Shown here: positions 49,723-61,107 of the stretch, one piece after another
How the letters are laid out: every line of letters begins with the position of its first letter
Position numbering within the stretch: position 1 is the stretch's first letter
Source: an uncultured Thermoleophilia bacterium
GTDB taxonomy: Bacteria > Actinomycetota > Thermoleophilia > Gaiellales > Gaiellaceae
NCBI GenBank assembly: GCA_963742615.1
Contig: CAVUMS010000006.1
Location: forward strand, 38,877 to 102,876
Length of the DNA stretch: 64,000 nt
Direction of reading: 5' to 3'
Translations under genes and position numbers: made by a program
Notes under the pieces: generated by a model
Seen by the model: the letters and a program-made list of their open reading frames with translations, nothing else
The model's database searches: none
What the model was told of the DNA's origin: nothing

Positions 49723-50900
49723 GCGCCGCGATCTTCGAGCGCGCGGTCGACGAACGCGCCGGCCGAGCCGAGGTAGTCCTCGGGGCGCTCGGCGTCGATG
49801 CCCAGGCGCTTCGCCTCGGCGAGCGTGTCAGCGGACGATGTTCGCGCGCATCCGCTCGGCGTCGACCTCGAGCCCGTCGAGCGAGCGGCGCACCGCGCCG
49901 CCGCGCCGCCGGTGGCCGCGAGCGCCGTCGAGAGCGCCTCCCACTCCGCGTGCCAGGCACCGGCCGCGCGCTCGTGCTCGTGCTCGGCGAGCGACGCGAG
50001 CAGCGCCGCGTTCGCGCTGCGCGTGCCGCGCGCACGCGCGCGGCGAGCACGGCGCGCGACGGGGTTGCGCTTGTGCGGCATCGTCGACGAAGCGACCGCC
50101 GGCTCGGCCTCGCGCGACCTCGCCGACCTCGGTCTGCGCGAGCAGCACGACGTCGCCGGCGATCTTCGCAGCGCGCCCGCGGCAGCCGTCGAGCGCGCCG
50201 GCGAGCTCCGCGCATCGGCGCGCGGAGCGTGTGCCACGGCAACGCGCGGCTCCGCGAGGTCGAGCTCGGCCGCGAACAGCGCGCAGCACCTCCGGGCCGT
50301 CGCTCGCCGAAGCGCGGCGAGCGTGCCGCGCGGCGCCGCCGAGCTGCGCGGGCAGCGCCGCCGCGCTGCGGCGAGCCGCTCCCGCGCGTCGACGACCGCG
50401 ACGAGCCAGCCGGCCGCCTTCAGCCCGAACGTCGTCGGCACGGCCTGCTGCAGCAGCGTCCGCGCGGCCATCACCGTGTCGCGGTGCGCCCCGGCGAGCT
50501 CGGCGCAGAGGCCGCCGACGCGCGTCGAGCTCGTCGTCGATCAGCGCAGGACGCCCGCGCGCGACGAGCATCGCCGCCGTGTCGAGGATGTCCTGGCTCG
50601 TCGCGCCGCGGTGGACGTGCTCCGCGTACTCGTCGCCGACCTGCGCGCGCAGCGCGCGCACGAGCGGCTCGACCGGGTTCCCGGCGGCGCGGCCCGTCGC
50701 GCGCGAGCTGCTGCTCGTCGTAGAGGTCGGCGTCGCAGGCCGCGGCGACCATCGCCGCGGCGTCGGCCGGGACGACGCCCGCGAGCGACCCGGCGTTCGC
50801 GAGCGCGCGCTCGGCGTCGAGCATCGCCTCGAGCCACGCGCGGTCCGACACGGCCTCGCGCAGCCGCCTCGGGCACGAAGATCGCCTCGAACGGCGTCAC
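49719..50900 (-). pseudogene. pcaB: 3-carboxy-cis,cis-muconate cycloisomerase, multiple frameshifts
   Basis: GTG 50900 gives [11 protein letters not shown]. Further blocks are [31 protein letters not shown] (ORF 50471..50851), [42 protein letters not shown], the fumarate-lyase signature [10 protein letters not shown], and WHAEWEAL (ORF 49719..50474). Confidence 0.8.
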
Positions 50901-51378
50901 GCGCGAAGAACACCGTCTGCGCGTCGCCCTGCATGCGGATGTCGAAGCGCAAGCCGTCGCCGTCCGCCGCCGGCGACCAGCGTCGCGCGGTCGGCCGGCG
51001 GCGAGCGCCGAGAGCACCGGGTCGGCGGCGTTCGCGCCTGCCTCGTCCGGGAAGTAGATGCGCGTCAGCTGGTGCCGCAGCAGGCCGCGCGCGAAGACGA
51101 GCACGTCGAGGCGCGGCGCCTCGCCGGCGGTCGCGGCGGCTTCGCGACGACGAACGAGAACGCGCCCGTCGGGCTCCGTGCCGCTCCGCCCCCACGCGCC
51201 CGCCGTCGCCGCCCACACCTCGATCACGCCGTCGGGGATCGGCTCGCCCTCGCCGTCGAGCAGCCGGCCGCGTCGAGCGCGATCGCCGTCCGGCGACGAG
51301 CTCGTTCTCCGGCCGGCGGCAGAGCCCGATCGCGTAGAACGGCCCGACCGTCTGCGACGGCGTGCGCGCGAGCGTCAC
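50897..51378 (-). pseudogene. pcaG: Protocatechuate 3,4-dioxygenase alpha subunit, frameshifted
   Basis: GTG 51378 overlaps the pcaH stop (GTGA). Blocks are [84 protein letters not shown] (ORF 50541..51227) and [18 protein letters not shown]. The 3' end is approximate. Confidence 0.75.
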
Positions 51379-52105
51379 TCGTCCTCGAGCGGCGTCGTGC
51401 CGGCCGCCGCGGCCGAGCACGATGTCCCAGCGGAAGCCGAGCGCCCACTCGGGCTCGGTCGTCTCGAGGTCGAACCGCGGAGACGAGCAGCTGCGCGCGC
51501 CTTCGGGTCGCGGACCGAGTTGAAGATCGGGTCGTACGGGAACAGCGGGTCGCCGGGGAAGTACATCTGCGTGACGAGCCGCTGCGTGAACGCGCGGCCG
51601 AAGACCGAGAAGTGGATGTGCGCCGGCCGCCACGCGTTCTCGTGGTTGCCCCACGGATACGCGCCGGGCTTGATCGTGACGAAGCGGTAGCGGCCGTCGT
51701 CGTCGGTGAGGCAGCGGCCGGCGCCGGAGAAGTTCGGGTCGAGCGGCGCCGGATGCTGGTCGACCTCGTGGCGGTAGCGGCCGGCCGGCGTTCGCCTGCC
51801 AGACCTCGACGAGCGCGCCGCGGATCGGCCGCCCGTCGTCGTCGAGCACGCGGCCGGTGACGACGATCCGCTCGCCGAGCGGCTCGCCCGTCGTGCTGCC
51901 GCGTCAGGTCGTGCGTCGAGCTCGCTCGAGCGCGTCCTCGCCGAAGACCGGGCCCGGCGAGCGCGTGGAGCTCCTCGGGCAGCGTCACGAGCGGCCGCGT
52001 CGGCGCGCGCCAGCGCGTCGAGCGGTAGCCCGGGTAGTCGACCTGCACCTCGGGCCCGAAGCTCGGATCGTCGGGCAGGACGATCGGCGACTCGGTCGAC
52101 GTCAT
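51375..52105 (-). pseudogene. pcaH: Protocatechuate 3,4-dioxygenase beta subunit, frameshifted
   Basis: ATG 52105 (by codon count) gives [49 protein letters not shown]. The C-terminal block is [90 protein letters not shown] (ORF 51375..53312). Confidence 0.85.
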
Positions 52106-52808
52106 GCCGGTCCGTTCGTCTCGAGCGCGCGCAGCGCCGGCAGCTCGCGCGTCGGTCGGCGGCTCGCGTCTCGCGCACGTCGTCGGCGACGCGCAGCTCC
52201 CAGCCGGTCGCGGCGCGCACCTCGTCGACCGTCGACGCCCGGATGCACCGCCGACGAGCGTCAGCTCGCCGTCGCGCGGCTCGAGGATGCCGAGGTCGGT
52301 GACGACGACGCGCACGCGCTCGCCGACGCTCGTCGGAAGTCGAGCTCGCTCGACGAACGCGCGGCGCGTCTGGCGCAGCATCACGAACACGTCGCGGACA
52401 CCGGTCGCGATCTCGGGCGCGCCGCCGCCGCCGGGCAGCCGCACCTTCGGGCTGTCGTAGTCGCCGATCACGGTGCTGTTCAGGTTGCCGTGGCGGTCGA
52501 TCTGCGCGGCGCCGAGGAAGCCGACGTCGATGCGGCCGCCCTGCAGCCAGTACGCGAACATCTCGGGCACCGAGACGACCGCGTCCGCGGTCTCGGCGAG
52601 CTCGCCGTCGCCGATCGAGAGCGGCAGCCGCGTCGGCTTCGCGCCGATCGTGCCGCTCTCGTAGACGAGCACGCAGCCCGGCGCATGCGTGCGCCGCGCG
52701 AGGTTCGCGGCCAGGCTCGGCAGCCCGATCCCGACGAAGCAGACCGTCCCGTCGCGCAGCCGCCGCGCGGCCTCGACGGCCATCATCTCGTCGGCGGTGT
52801 ACGCTCAC
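52102..52808 (-). pseudogene. pcaJ: 3-oxoadipate CoA-transferase subunit B, frameshifted
   Basis: GTG 52808 overlaps the pcaI stop. The main block is [93 protein letters not shown] (ORF 51224..52786). The C-terminal block [21 protein letters not shown] is in another frame. Confidence 0.8.
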
Positions 52809-53632
52809 GTCAGACCTGGACCGTCCTCCGAGCACGTGCTCGCGCATCCACTCGGGGAACGCGTCGCGGTCGCGGCTGATCTCGTCCCAGGCGACGTAGA
52901 AGTCGTTGTCGCGCTCGTAGTAGCCGTGCGCGTACGACGGGTGCGCGCCGCCCGGGCACGCACGGCGACCGCGTCGACGACCCACGCCGGCAGCACGATC
53001 CGCGCCCGGCCGCGGCTCGAGCTCGTCGACGATCTCCTCGACGGTCACGATCGAGCGCGCGGAGGCGAGCACGACCTCCTTCTGGACGCCGGTGATGCCC
53101 CAGAGCTGCACGTTGCCCGCGCCGGTCGGCCTGCTGCGCGTGGACGATGCCGACGTCGGGCCGGAGCGCCGGCACCGCCGCGAGCTCCTCGCCGGTGAAC
53201 GGGCAGGTCGATCCGCCGCGACGCGCGTGTGCGCGGGCAGGTCGGTGCCCGCGTAGCCGCGCAGCACGCCGAACGGCAGGTTCGCCGCGCCGGCCGCGTA
53301 CGCCGCCGCCATGCCCGGCGTGCGAGTGCTCCTCGAGCTCGAGCGGCGCCGGCCAGCCGTGCTCGACCGCGTCGCGCAGCCGGTGCAGCGAGCCGACGCC
53401 CGGGTTGCCGCCCCACGAGAAGACGAGCTTGCGCGCGCAGCCCATCCCGATCAGCTGGTCGTAGACGACGTCGGGCGTCATCCGCACGAGCGTCAGGTCG
53501 CGCCGCCCCTGCCGGATCAGCTCGTGCCCGGCCGCGTGCGGGATCAGGTGCGTGAAGCCCTCGAGCGCGACGACGTCGCCGTCGCGCACGAGCTCCGCGA
53601 CCGCCTCCGCTGAGCGCGACGATCTCGGCCAT
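52805..53632 (-). pseudogene. pcaI: 3-oxoadipate CoA-transferase subunit A, multiple frameshifts
   Basis: MAEIVAL (ORF 53045..53632) is followed by [91 protein letters not shown] (ORF 52810..53589). The next block is [98 protein letters not shown] (ORF 51375..53312). Confidence 0.8.
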
Positions 53633-53638
53633 TCGCGC

Positions 53639-55126
53639 TCAGAACGGGAAGGGGTGCGTGCCGCTCTGGACGGTGATCCAGCGGAGCTCGGTGAACTCGT
53701 CGATCACCGCCTGGCCGCCGAAGCGCCCGAAGCCGCGAGTCCTTGACGCCGCCGAACGGCATCTGCGGCTCGTCGCCGACCGGCTGGTCGTTGACGTGGA
53801 CGATCCCGGCCTCGATCTGCTGCGCGAGCGCGAAGCCGCGGTCGGGGTCGGTCGTGATGATCCCCGACGAGAGCCCGTACGTCGTCGCGTTCGCGCGCGC
53901 GACCGCCTCGTCGGCGCTGTCGACGACCTCGATCGCGCGCGACCGGGCCGAACGTCTCGTGCCGCGCGAGGTCGGAGTCCTCGGGCACGTCGGTGAGCAG
54001 CGTCGCCTGGTAGCACGGCGCCGACGGCCTCGCCGCCGGCGAGCACCTTCGCGCCCTTCGCGACCGCGTCGTCGACGCGCCCGCTTGACGAGTCTGCGAG
54101 CGCGTGCGTCGTTGATCAGCGGGCCGATGATCGTGTCGTGCTCCTTCGGATCGCCGGCCTTGAGCGCCTTCGTCTTCTCGGCGAGCCGCGACGTGAACTC
54201 GTCGGCGATCGGGCGCTCGACGATGATCCTCCGCGCCGACATGCAGATCTGGCCCTGGTGCAGGAACGCGCCGAACGCGGTCGCGTTGACGGCGTACTCG
54301 AGGTCGGCGTCGGCGAGCACGATCAGCGGGTTGTAGCCGCCGAGCTCGAGCACGACGCGCTTCAGGTTGCGGCCGGCCGCCTCGGCGAGCTTGCGGCCGG
54401 TCGTCGGTCGAGCCGGTGAAGTTGATCCGGCGCACGGCCGGGTTCTCGACGAGCTCGTCGCCGATCGGCCCGGCCTCGCCGGGCGCGTGCGTGACGATGT
54501 TCAGCACGCCCGGCGGGCAGCCCGGCCTCGGCGAAGATCTCGCCCCAGAGCAGGCCGCCGACGACGGGCGACCACTCGGACGGCTTCAGCACGACCGTGT
54601 TGCCGAGCGCGAGCGGCGCCGCGATCGAGCGCGCCGACAGGATCAGCGCGGCGTTCCACGGCGCGATCGCGCCGACGACGCCGACCGGCCTGCGCAGGCC
54701 CATCGCGAACGTGCCCGGGTTGTCGGACGGGATCACCTGGCCGATCGGCGCGTACGGCGAGCGCCGCCGCCTGGCGGAAGCAGGCCCGGCACGAAGTGCA
54801 TCTGGAACATGCCGAAGCCGAACGTGCAGCCGGTCTCGCGCGCGAGCAGCGAGACGACCTCGTCCTGCCGGCTCTCGAGCATGTCGGCCGCCTTCAGGAA
54901 GATCGCCTGCCGCGCCGCCGGCGGCGTCTGCGACCAGGCGGGGAACGCGGCGGCCGCCGCCTCGATCGCGCGCGCGCGTCGGCGCGCGCCGCCGGCCGGC
55001 ACGCGCGCGACGACGTCGCCGGTGAACGGGTCGAGGTCGTCGAACGTCGCGCCGCTCGGCGGCGTCGACCCACTCGCCGCCGATGAACTGCTTGACCTCG
55101 CGAACCTCTGGCTGGACGGTCGTCAT
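53639..55126 (-). pseudogene. NAD(P)-dependent aldehyde dehydrogenase (aromatic-aldehyde type by context), multiple frameshifts
   Basis: MTTVQPEVREVKQFIGGEWVD (ORF 54362..55126) is followed by FPAWSQTPPAARQAIFLKAADMLESRQDEVVSLLARETG, VGVVGAIAPWNAALILSARSIAAPLALGNTVVLKPSEWSP, and MLELGGYNPLIVLADADLEYAVNATAFGAFLHQGQICMSARRIIVE with the catalytic Cys (ORF 53544..54353). The end is PFGGVKDS..EFTELRWITVQSG. Confidence 0.8.
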
Positions 55127-55145
55127 CGAACGCTCCTTTCCCCTC

Positions 55146-56241
55146 CTACATGCACAGCACGGCCTTGATCACGCTGCCGGACTCGGCGTCGTGCGCCGCC
55201 TGCTCGATCTGGTCGAAGTCGTAGAAGGTCATCATACGGTCGACCGGGAAGCGGCCGTCCGTGCCAGAGCGAGTAGAGGTACGGCAGGAACACGTCGGGG
55301 ACGCTAGTCGCCCTCGACGATGCCGCGAACGACCCGGCCGCCGGTGAGGAGCGTGTTGACGTCGAGCGACACCTCGGTGCCGAACGCCGGCGCGCCGATC
55401 ACGCCGGTGACGCCGCGTCGGCGCGGTGCAGTCGACGCACCAGCGCAGCACGTGCGGCGACCCGTCGCCTCGAGCGCGAAGTCGACGCCGCCGCCGGTCG
55501 CTTCGCGCGACGCGCTCGACCGCATCCTCGCTCACGCGCGTCGACGACGTGCGTCGCGCCGAGCTCGCGGGCGAGCGCGAGCCGCTCGGGAACGATGTCG
55601 ACCGCGACGATCGTCGAGCAGCCGGCAACGACGCCGGCCAGCACGGCGGCGAGGCCGACCGAGCCCGCGCCGAAGACGGCGAGGCTGCTGCCGGCGGGCG
55701 CGGCGAAGCACCGTTGAGCACCGCGCCGGCGCCGGTCTGGATCCCGCAGCCGAACGGCGCGGCGACCTCGAGCGGGATCTCGTCCGGGAGCTTGACGACG
55801 TTGCGCTCCGCGCGACCGAGTGCGTGGCGAAGCTCGACTGCCCGAAGAAGTGCGCGCCGACGTCGCCGAAGCGCGCTCGAGCCGTCGACCGGACGAGACG
55901 CGGCGAAGTTGTGCTCGAAGAACAGGTGGCAGTACGCCGACTTCGTGCACCGGCAGGTCGGGCACTCGCCGCAGGCGGTAAACGTCATCCCGACGCGGTC
56001 GCCCGGCGCGACCTTCGTGACCGCGTCGCCGACCGGCTCGACGACGCCCGCGCCCTCGTGCCCGAGCACGGCCGGCAGCGGGGTCGGGATACAGCTGGTC
56101 GCGGCAGATCAGGTCGGTGTGGCAGATCCCCGACGCCGCCACCTCGACCAGCACCTCGTCCGGGCGCAGCTCGCCGAGCGAGAGCTCGCGGAGCGCGAAC
56201 GGCGCGCCCTTCGACGCGACGACTGCGGCCGTGACGTTCAC
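55146..56241 (-). pseudogene. Zn-dependent alcohol dehydrogenase (aryl-alcohol dehydrogenase-like), multiple frameshifts
   Basis: GTG 56241 overlaps the livM-like stop (GTGA). Blocks are VNVTAAVVASKGAPFALRELSLGELRPDEVLVEVAASGICHTDL, LGHEGAGVVEPVGDAVTKVAPGDRVGMTFTACGECPTCRC (ORF 55146..56069), AVFGAGSVGLAAVLAGVVAGCSTIVAVDIVPERLALARELGATHVV and the end FDQIEQAAHDAESGSVIKAVLCM. Confidence 0.8.
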
Positions 56242-57279
56242 GAGCGCTCCTTCACGCGGTAGCCGACGGGCAGCAGCCGCAGGTCGAAGCGCTCCTGCAC
56301 CGTCCCCCAGAGCCCGCGCGGCAGGAACAGCGCGAACGGCGATCGCGATCGCGCCCAGCCCGACCAGGTACCAGATGCCCGCCGACGAGACGTACGTCTG
56401 GATCAGGAAGAGCACGATCGCACCGAGGATCGGCCCCTCGAACGTGCCGAGGCCGCCGACGAGCACCATGAAGATCATGTAGGCCGTCCAGTTGAACGCC
56501 GAAGATCGAGTCGGGCTCGAGCGACGAGATCGACAGCTGTTCGCGAGGATCACCGCCCCCGCCGCCGCCGCAGCCGACGCGCCGCGAGCACGAACAGGAC
56601 GCGCTTGCCGAGCGAGCACGCGCACGCCGAGCGACGCGGCCGCCTCCTCGTCGTCGCGGATCGCCTGCAGCGACGCGCCGAGCCGGCTGCGCAGCAGCAG
56701 GAACAGCGACCACCAGGAAGACCGCCGCGGCGCCGAGCGCCAGCCAGTAGGTGTACGCGCAGCCGCTGCGTCGGGCGTGTAGCGGAGGTTGAAGCGCGAT
56801 CAGCGACGTCCCGGTGCCGCCGCCGAGCGACGGGTCGAGCGAGACCAGGATCGCGAACGACCTCGGCGACGACCCACATCGCCGATCGCGAACTGGCGCC
56901 GCCGCGCAGCCGCAGCACGACGACGCGAGACGGGATCGAGACGAGCGCCGCCGAAGAGCGTCGCGACACCATCGCGAGGTACGGGTTGAGCCGTGGCTGC
57001 ACGAGAGCCAGACGATGCCGTACGCGCCGATCCCGATGAACGCCTGCTGGCCGACCGAGACGAGCCCGCCGTAGCCGGCGAGCGCGTTCCACATCGACCG
57101 CGAGCATCACGAGGAAGAGAGCTCGTCAGCTTCTGAGTCGCGTTCTGCGCCGAAGAGGTACCGGGACGAACGCGAGCAGCGACGATCAGCCCGGCGAGCG
57201 CCGGCCGTGAACCCGCGCCGAGACCGCGTCCAGCGCTGGACGCGCAGCGGGCCTCGGGATCGCGACGGCCTGCGGTCAT
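56238..57279 (-). pseudogene. Branched-chain-amino-acid-type ABC transporter permease (LivM-like), multiple frameshifts
   Basis: ATG 57279 overlaps the LivH-like stop. Blocks are MWNALAGYGGLVSVGQQAFIGIGAYGIVWLS (ORF 56252..57094), MWVVAEV.., YTYWLALGAAAVFLVVA and FNWTAYMIFMVLVGGLGTFEGPILGAIVLFLIQTYVSSAGIWYLVGLGAIAIAV (ORF 55399..56625). Confidence 0.75.
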
Positions 57280-58180
57280 GCCGTCACCGTCCGCGAGCGA
57301 GAGCTGCGGAGGCCGCCGGCGGCGACCGCGCGCACGACGAGCACCGCGAGGAAGACGAGGTGGCCGGCCAGCGCGAAGTACTGCGGGTCGATCTGCGCTC
57401 CGACCGTCTGGGCGACGCCGAGCACGATGCCGCCGAGCAGCGTGCCCCACAGCGAGCCGACGCCGCCGATCACGACCGCCTCGAACGCGAAGATCAGCTG
57501 CGTCGGGCCGGCGAACGGGTCGAACGTCGAGCGCATCGCGTAGGAACACGCCGGCGAGCGCCGCGGTCGCCACCGCGATCGCGGTCGCGCGCGCGTAGAC
57601 GCCGCGCGCGTCGATGCCGACCAGCTCGGCCGTGTCGGGGTCCTGCCGCCGTCGCGCGCATCTCGCGGCCCGAGCTGGGTGCGCGAGAGGAAGAGCTGCA
57701 GCCCGCCGAGCACGCAGATCGGCGACGCCGAGGATCAGCACGCCGAACGCACGGGATCGTCGATCGTGCTGGAGATCTGCCAGCTCGCGGTGCCGATCCC
57801 GCGCCGCGCGCCGAGCGAGTGCACGTCGGGCGAGAAGACGTACTCGAGCAGCAGGTTCTGCGATCACGATCGAGCAGCCCGAACGTCGTCAGCAGCGGCA
57901 CCAGCTCGCCCGCGCGCAGGCTGCGCTCGAGCATCGTCACGCTGCAGCACGTAGCCGAGCGAGCAGCATCGCCGGCAGCACGGCGACGAGCGCGAGGAAG
58001 GCCGAGACGCCGGCGTGCTCGCAGCGACGAAGCGACCAGGTACGCGCCGAGAACGGCGAGGTCGCCGTGCGCGAGGTTGATGATCCGCATCACGCCGAAC
58101 ATCAGCGACAGGCCGCACGCGAGCAGCGCGTAGACGCCGCCGAGCAGGATCCCCTGGATGACCGCGTTGACCCAGGTCAT
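57276..58180 (-). pseudogene. Branched-chain-amino-acid-type ABC transporter permease (LivH-like), multiple frameshifts
   Basis: ATG 58180 overlaps the ATPase stop (ATGA) and gives [48 protein letters not shown] (ORF 57494..59272). The C-terminal block is FDPFAGPTQLIFAFEAVVIGGVGSLWGTLLGGIVLGVAQTVGAQIDPQYFALAGHLVFLAVLVV (ORF 57276..57713). Confidence 0.8.
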
Positions 58181-58909
58181 CCGGCCGCCCCCGCCGCGCG
58201 GGCGAGCCCGAAGTACGCGCTCGGTGACCTGCTCGCGCGTGAGCGTCGCGCGCCGGCCCTCGAGCACGATGCCGGCCCTCGAGCATGCAGACGACGCGGT
58301 CGGCGACGGCGAGCGCGCGCGCGAGGTCCTGCTCGACGAGCACGATCGTCGTCCCGCGCTCGATCGAGCGTCGGCGAGCGAGCGCGTAGACGCGCCTCGA
58401 CGACGACGGGCGCGAGCCCGAGCGAGACCTCGTCGAGCAGCAGCAGACGCGGGTTCGTCATCAGCGCGCGGCCGATCGCCGTCGCCTGCTGCTCGCCGCC
58501 CGAGAGGGTCGCCGCCGCGGCGGCAGCGCAGCGGCTGCAGCAGCGGGAACGCCTCGAGCACCGCCTCGACGTCCCACGGCCCCGGCGTCGCGCCGCCGCG
58601 GCGACGAGCAGGTTCTCCTCGACGGTCAGGCCGCGGGAACAGCCGACGGCCCTCGGGCACGAGCGCGATGCCCATGCGCACGCGCTCGTGCGCGCGGCAC
58701 GCGCGTGACGTCGTCGCCGTCGAAGACGATCGCGGCCGGCGCGCGGGCCGGTGCGCGCCGGCGATCGTGCGCAGCAGCGTCGTCTTGCCGGCGCCGTTCG
58801 CGCCGACGAGCGCCAGCGTCTCGCCCTCGTCGACCTCGAGCGACACGTCGCGCACCGCCTGCAGCAGGCCGTGGCGGGCGTCGAGCGCCTCGACCGCAGC
58901 AGGCGTCAT
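58177..58909 (-). pseudogene. ABC transporter ATP-binding protein (LivF-like), multiple frameshifts
   Basis: ATG 58909 (by codon count) gives [51 protein letters not shown]. Further blocks are [30 protein letters not shown] (ORF 58177..58461), and the end ..AYFGL.. with its stop at 58177. Confidence 0.8.
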
Positions 58910-59660
58910 GCGACCGCCCGCCCGAGGTAGGCGTCGATCACGGCCGCGTCGCTCATCACCGCGCCGGGCTCGCCGTCGGCGATCACGCGGCCCTGCGTCC
59001 ATGCAGACGAGCCGCTCGACCACCTGCACGAGCACGTGGACGATGTGCTCGATCCAGACGATCGCGATGCCGCGCCCGCGAACTCCGGCGATCGTCGCGA
59101 GCAGCTCGTCCGCCTCGGCGTCGGTCAGCCCGCCGCCGATCTCGTCGAGCAGCAGCACCGACGGGCTCGGTCGCGAGCGCCCGCGCCAGCTCGAGCCGCT
59201 TGCGGTGCAGCAGCCCGAGCGTCTCGGCGCGGCGGTTCGCGAGGCCGCGCGAGGTCGCACAGCGTCGAGCACCTCGATGCGCGCGTGCGTAGACGTCGGA
59301 CCGCGGCCCGCCGGCCGCCTGCTGCCGCGCCGACGAAGACGTTCTCGAACACCGTCATGTCGCCGAACGGCCGCGGCACCTGGTGCGCGCGGCCGATGCC
59401 GAGCCGGCAGCGTCGTGCGGCGCCGCGCCGCGTGACGTCCGCGCCGTCGAGCTCGACACGCCCTGCGTCGGGGCGCAGCGCGCCCGCGAGGACGTTCAGG
59501 AGCGTCGTCTTGCCGGCGCCGTTCGGCCCGACGATGCCGACCGCCTCGCCGTGCCCGACGGCGAAGTCGACGCCGTCGAGCACCACGAGCGCGCCGAAGC
59601 GCTTGCGGATCCCGACGGCGGCGAGGATCGGCTCCGACTGTCGCGGTTCGGCGCTCAGGT
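58906..59660 (-). pseudogene. ABC transporter ATP-binding protein (LivG-like), multiple frameshifts, start unresolved
   Basis: Blocks are [87 protein letters not shown] (ORF 59125..59868) and [42 protein letters not shown] (ORF 57494..59272). No canonical start codon is visible in frame near 59650. Confidence 0.75.
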
Positions 59661-60997
59661 CGTGTACGGCTTCAGCTTCGCCGCCGATCGGGATCTTGTG
59701 GTCGTCGGAGTGCTCGCAGATCACGAAGTCGAGCTTGTACTTGCTCGTCGACCTTGACGCCACTGGCCGCCGAGGATCGGCGTCGGCACGACGTTGTACG
59801 GCACGCCGGGGCGCTTCTTCGCTCCAGTCGAGCACGCCGATCGGCGTCTCGACCTTCAGCGTCTTCATCGCGTTCGCGACCGCCTGCTTGTCCTTCGGGT
59901 TGCCGCTCGCCTTGAGCGCGGCCGCCGCGACGTCGAAGAGCGCGAGGCTCGGGCCGACCTGCTGGTTCCACTGCTTGCCGCGTCTTCGCGTGTAGCCGGC
60001 GGCCGAGCTGCTTCGAGGTGACGCCGGTCAGCGACGAGGAGTACGGCCACGTCGGGTGCCAGTAGCACGGCGCTCGCCAGGTTGTTGCCGATCGCGCCGA
60101 GCGCCGTGACCTGCGAGGGGAACAGGCCGGTCTTCGCGATCTGCGCGATCTTGATCTGCTTGGTCAGACCCTGCTGGGCCGCCTGCCGCCAGAACGTCGC
60201 GAAGTCCGGCGGGATCGGGAACGTGTTGAAGATCTGCACGTCCTCCGACTTGAACTTCGAGATCTGCGCCGAGTAGTCGTTCGTCCCGTCCTGGTAGGCG
60301 CCCGGATCGACGATCGTGTAGCCGGCCTTCTCGAGCAGCGGGCCGAGCGCCGCGCGGATCGCGTTGCCGTCGGCGTCGTTCGGCCACATCACGCCGACCT
60401 TCTTGTTCGTCGGGACCTGCGGCCACAGGTGCGTGTACGCGTTGGAGAAGTTCGCGACGCCGAAGCAGAAGTGGTAGCCGTAGCGGAACGGCGAGGCTTG
60501 GCCGGGTCCTTCGCCCCGCGCCCGAAGTACCACGCCTCCCACGGCACGACCGTCGAGATGTACGGAACGCCGGCCGCCTCGGAGGCGTCCGCCACCGGGT
60601 TGACCGTCTCCGGCGTCGACGTCGCGAGCATCAGGTCGACCTTGTCGCTGTGGATCAGGTCGCTCGCGACCTGGCGCCGCGTGCGACGGGGTCGACTGGC
60701 TGTCGCGGTTCGACGATCTGGACGTTGTAGTGCTTGCCGCCGATCGTGAGCCCCTTCGCGAGCGTCTTGCGGGCGAGGCCGAGGACGTAGCGGTCCGGCT
60801 CGCCGAAGCCCGAGGCTGGCGCCCGTGATCGGGCTCACGAAGCCGATCTTGATCGTGTTGCTCGCGTCGGCGGAGCGGGGCCGCGCCCAGATCGGCTCGG
60901 CGAAGGACCCGGCGACGACCACGCCGCCGGCGCCGACCCCTGCGCGCTTGATGAGCTCCCTCCTCGAGATCCGACGCGCTTCGAACTCGCCAGGCAT
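59655..60997 (-). pseudogene. Tat-signal periplasmic/extracellular substrate-binding protein, Leu/Ile/Val-binding-protein family, multiple frameshifts
   Basis: ATG 60997 follows gaggagg and gives MPGEFEARRISRRELIKRAGVGAGGVVVAGSFA, with a twin-arginine motif SRRELIK. Further blocks are NTIKIGFVSPITG, VASDLIHSDKVDLMLATSTPETVNPVADASEAAGVPYISTVVPWEAWYFGRGAKDPAKP, and SPFRYGYHFCFGVANFSNAYTHLWPQVPTNKKVGVMWPNDADGNAIRAALGPLLEKAGYTIVDPGAYQDGTNDYSAQISKFKSEDVQIFNTFPIPPDFATFWRQAAQQGL (ORF 59865..60542). The stop is at 59655-59657. Confidence 0.75.
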
Positions 60998-61088
60998 GTA
61001 CGACCTCCTCGGGTCGGTTAGGGGGACCAGGGCGGACGTCTTCGTGCCGGCCGACGCTACGACGGCGCTTGTCCGATTGTCAAGACAC

Positions 61089-61107
61089 TGTTCTAATAGG
61101 TGGAACA
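61089..61107. promoter_or_regulatory. Inverted repeat TGTTC-N9-GAACA, candidate IclR operator
   Basis: tgttctaataggtggaaca has 5-bp perfect arms, lies in an AT-rich patch, and ends on the A of the IclR start codon (61107). It sits in the 109-bp divergent spacer facing the SBP gene. Confidence 0.4.
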
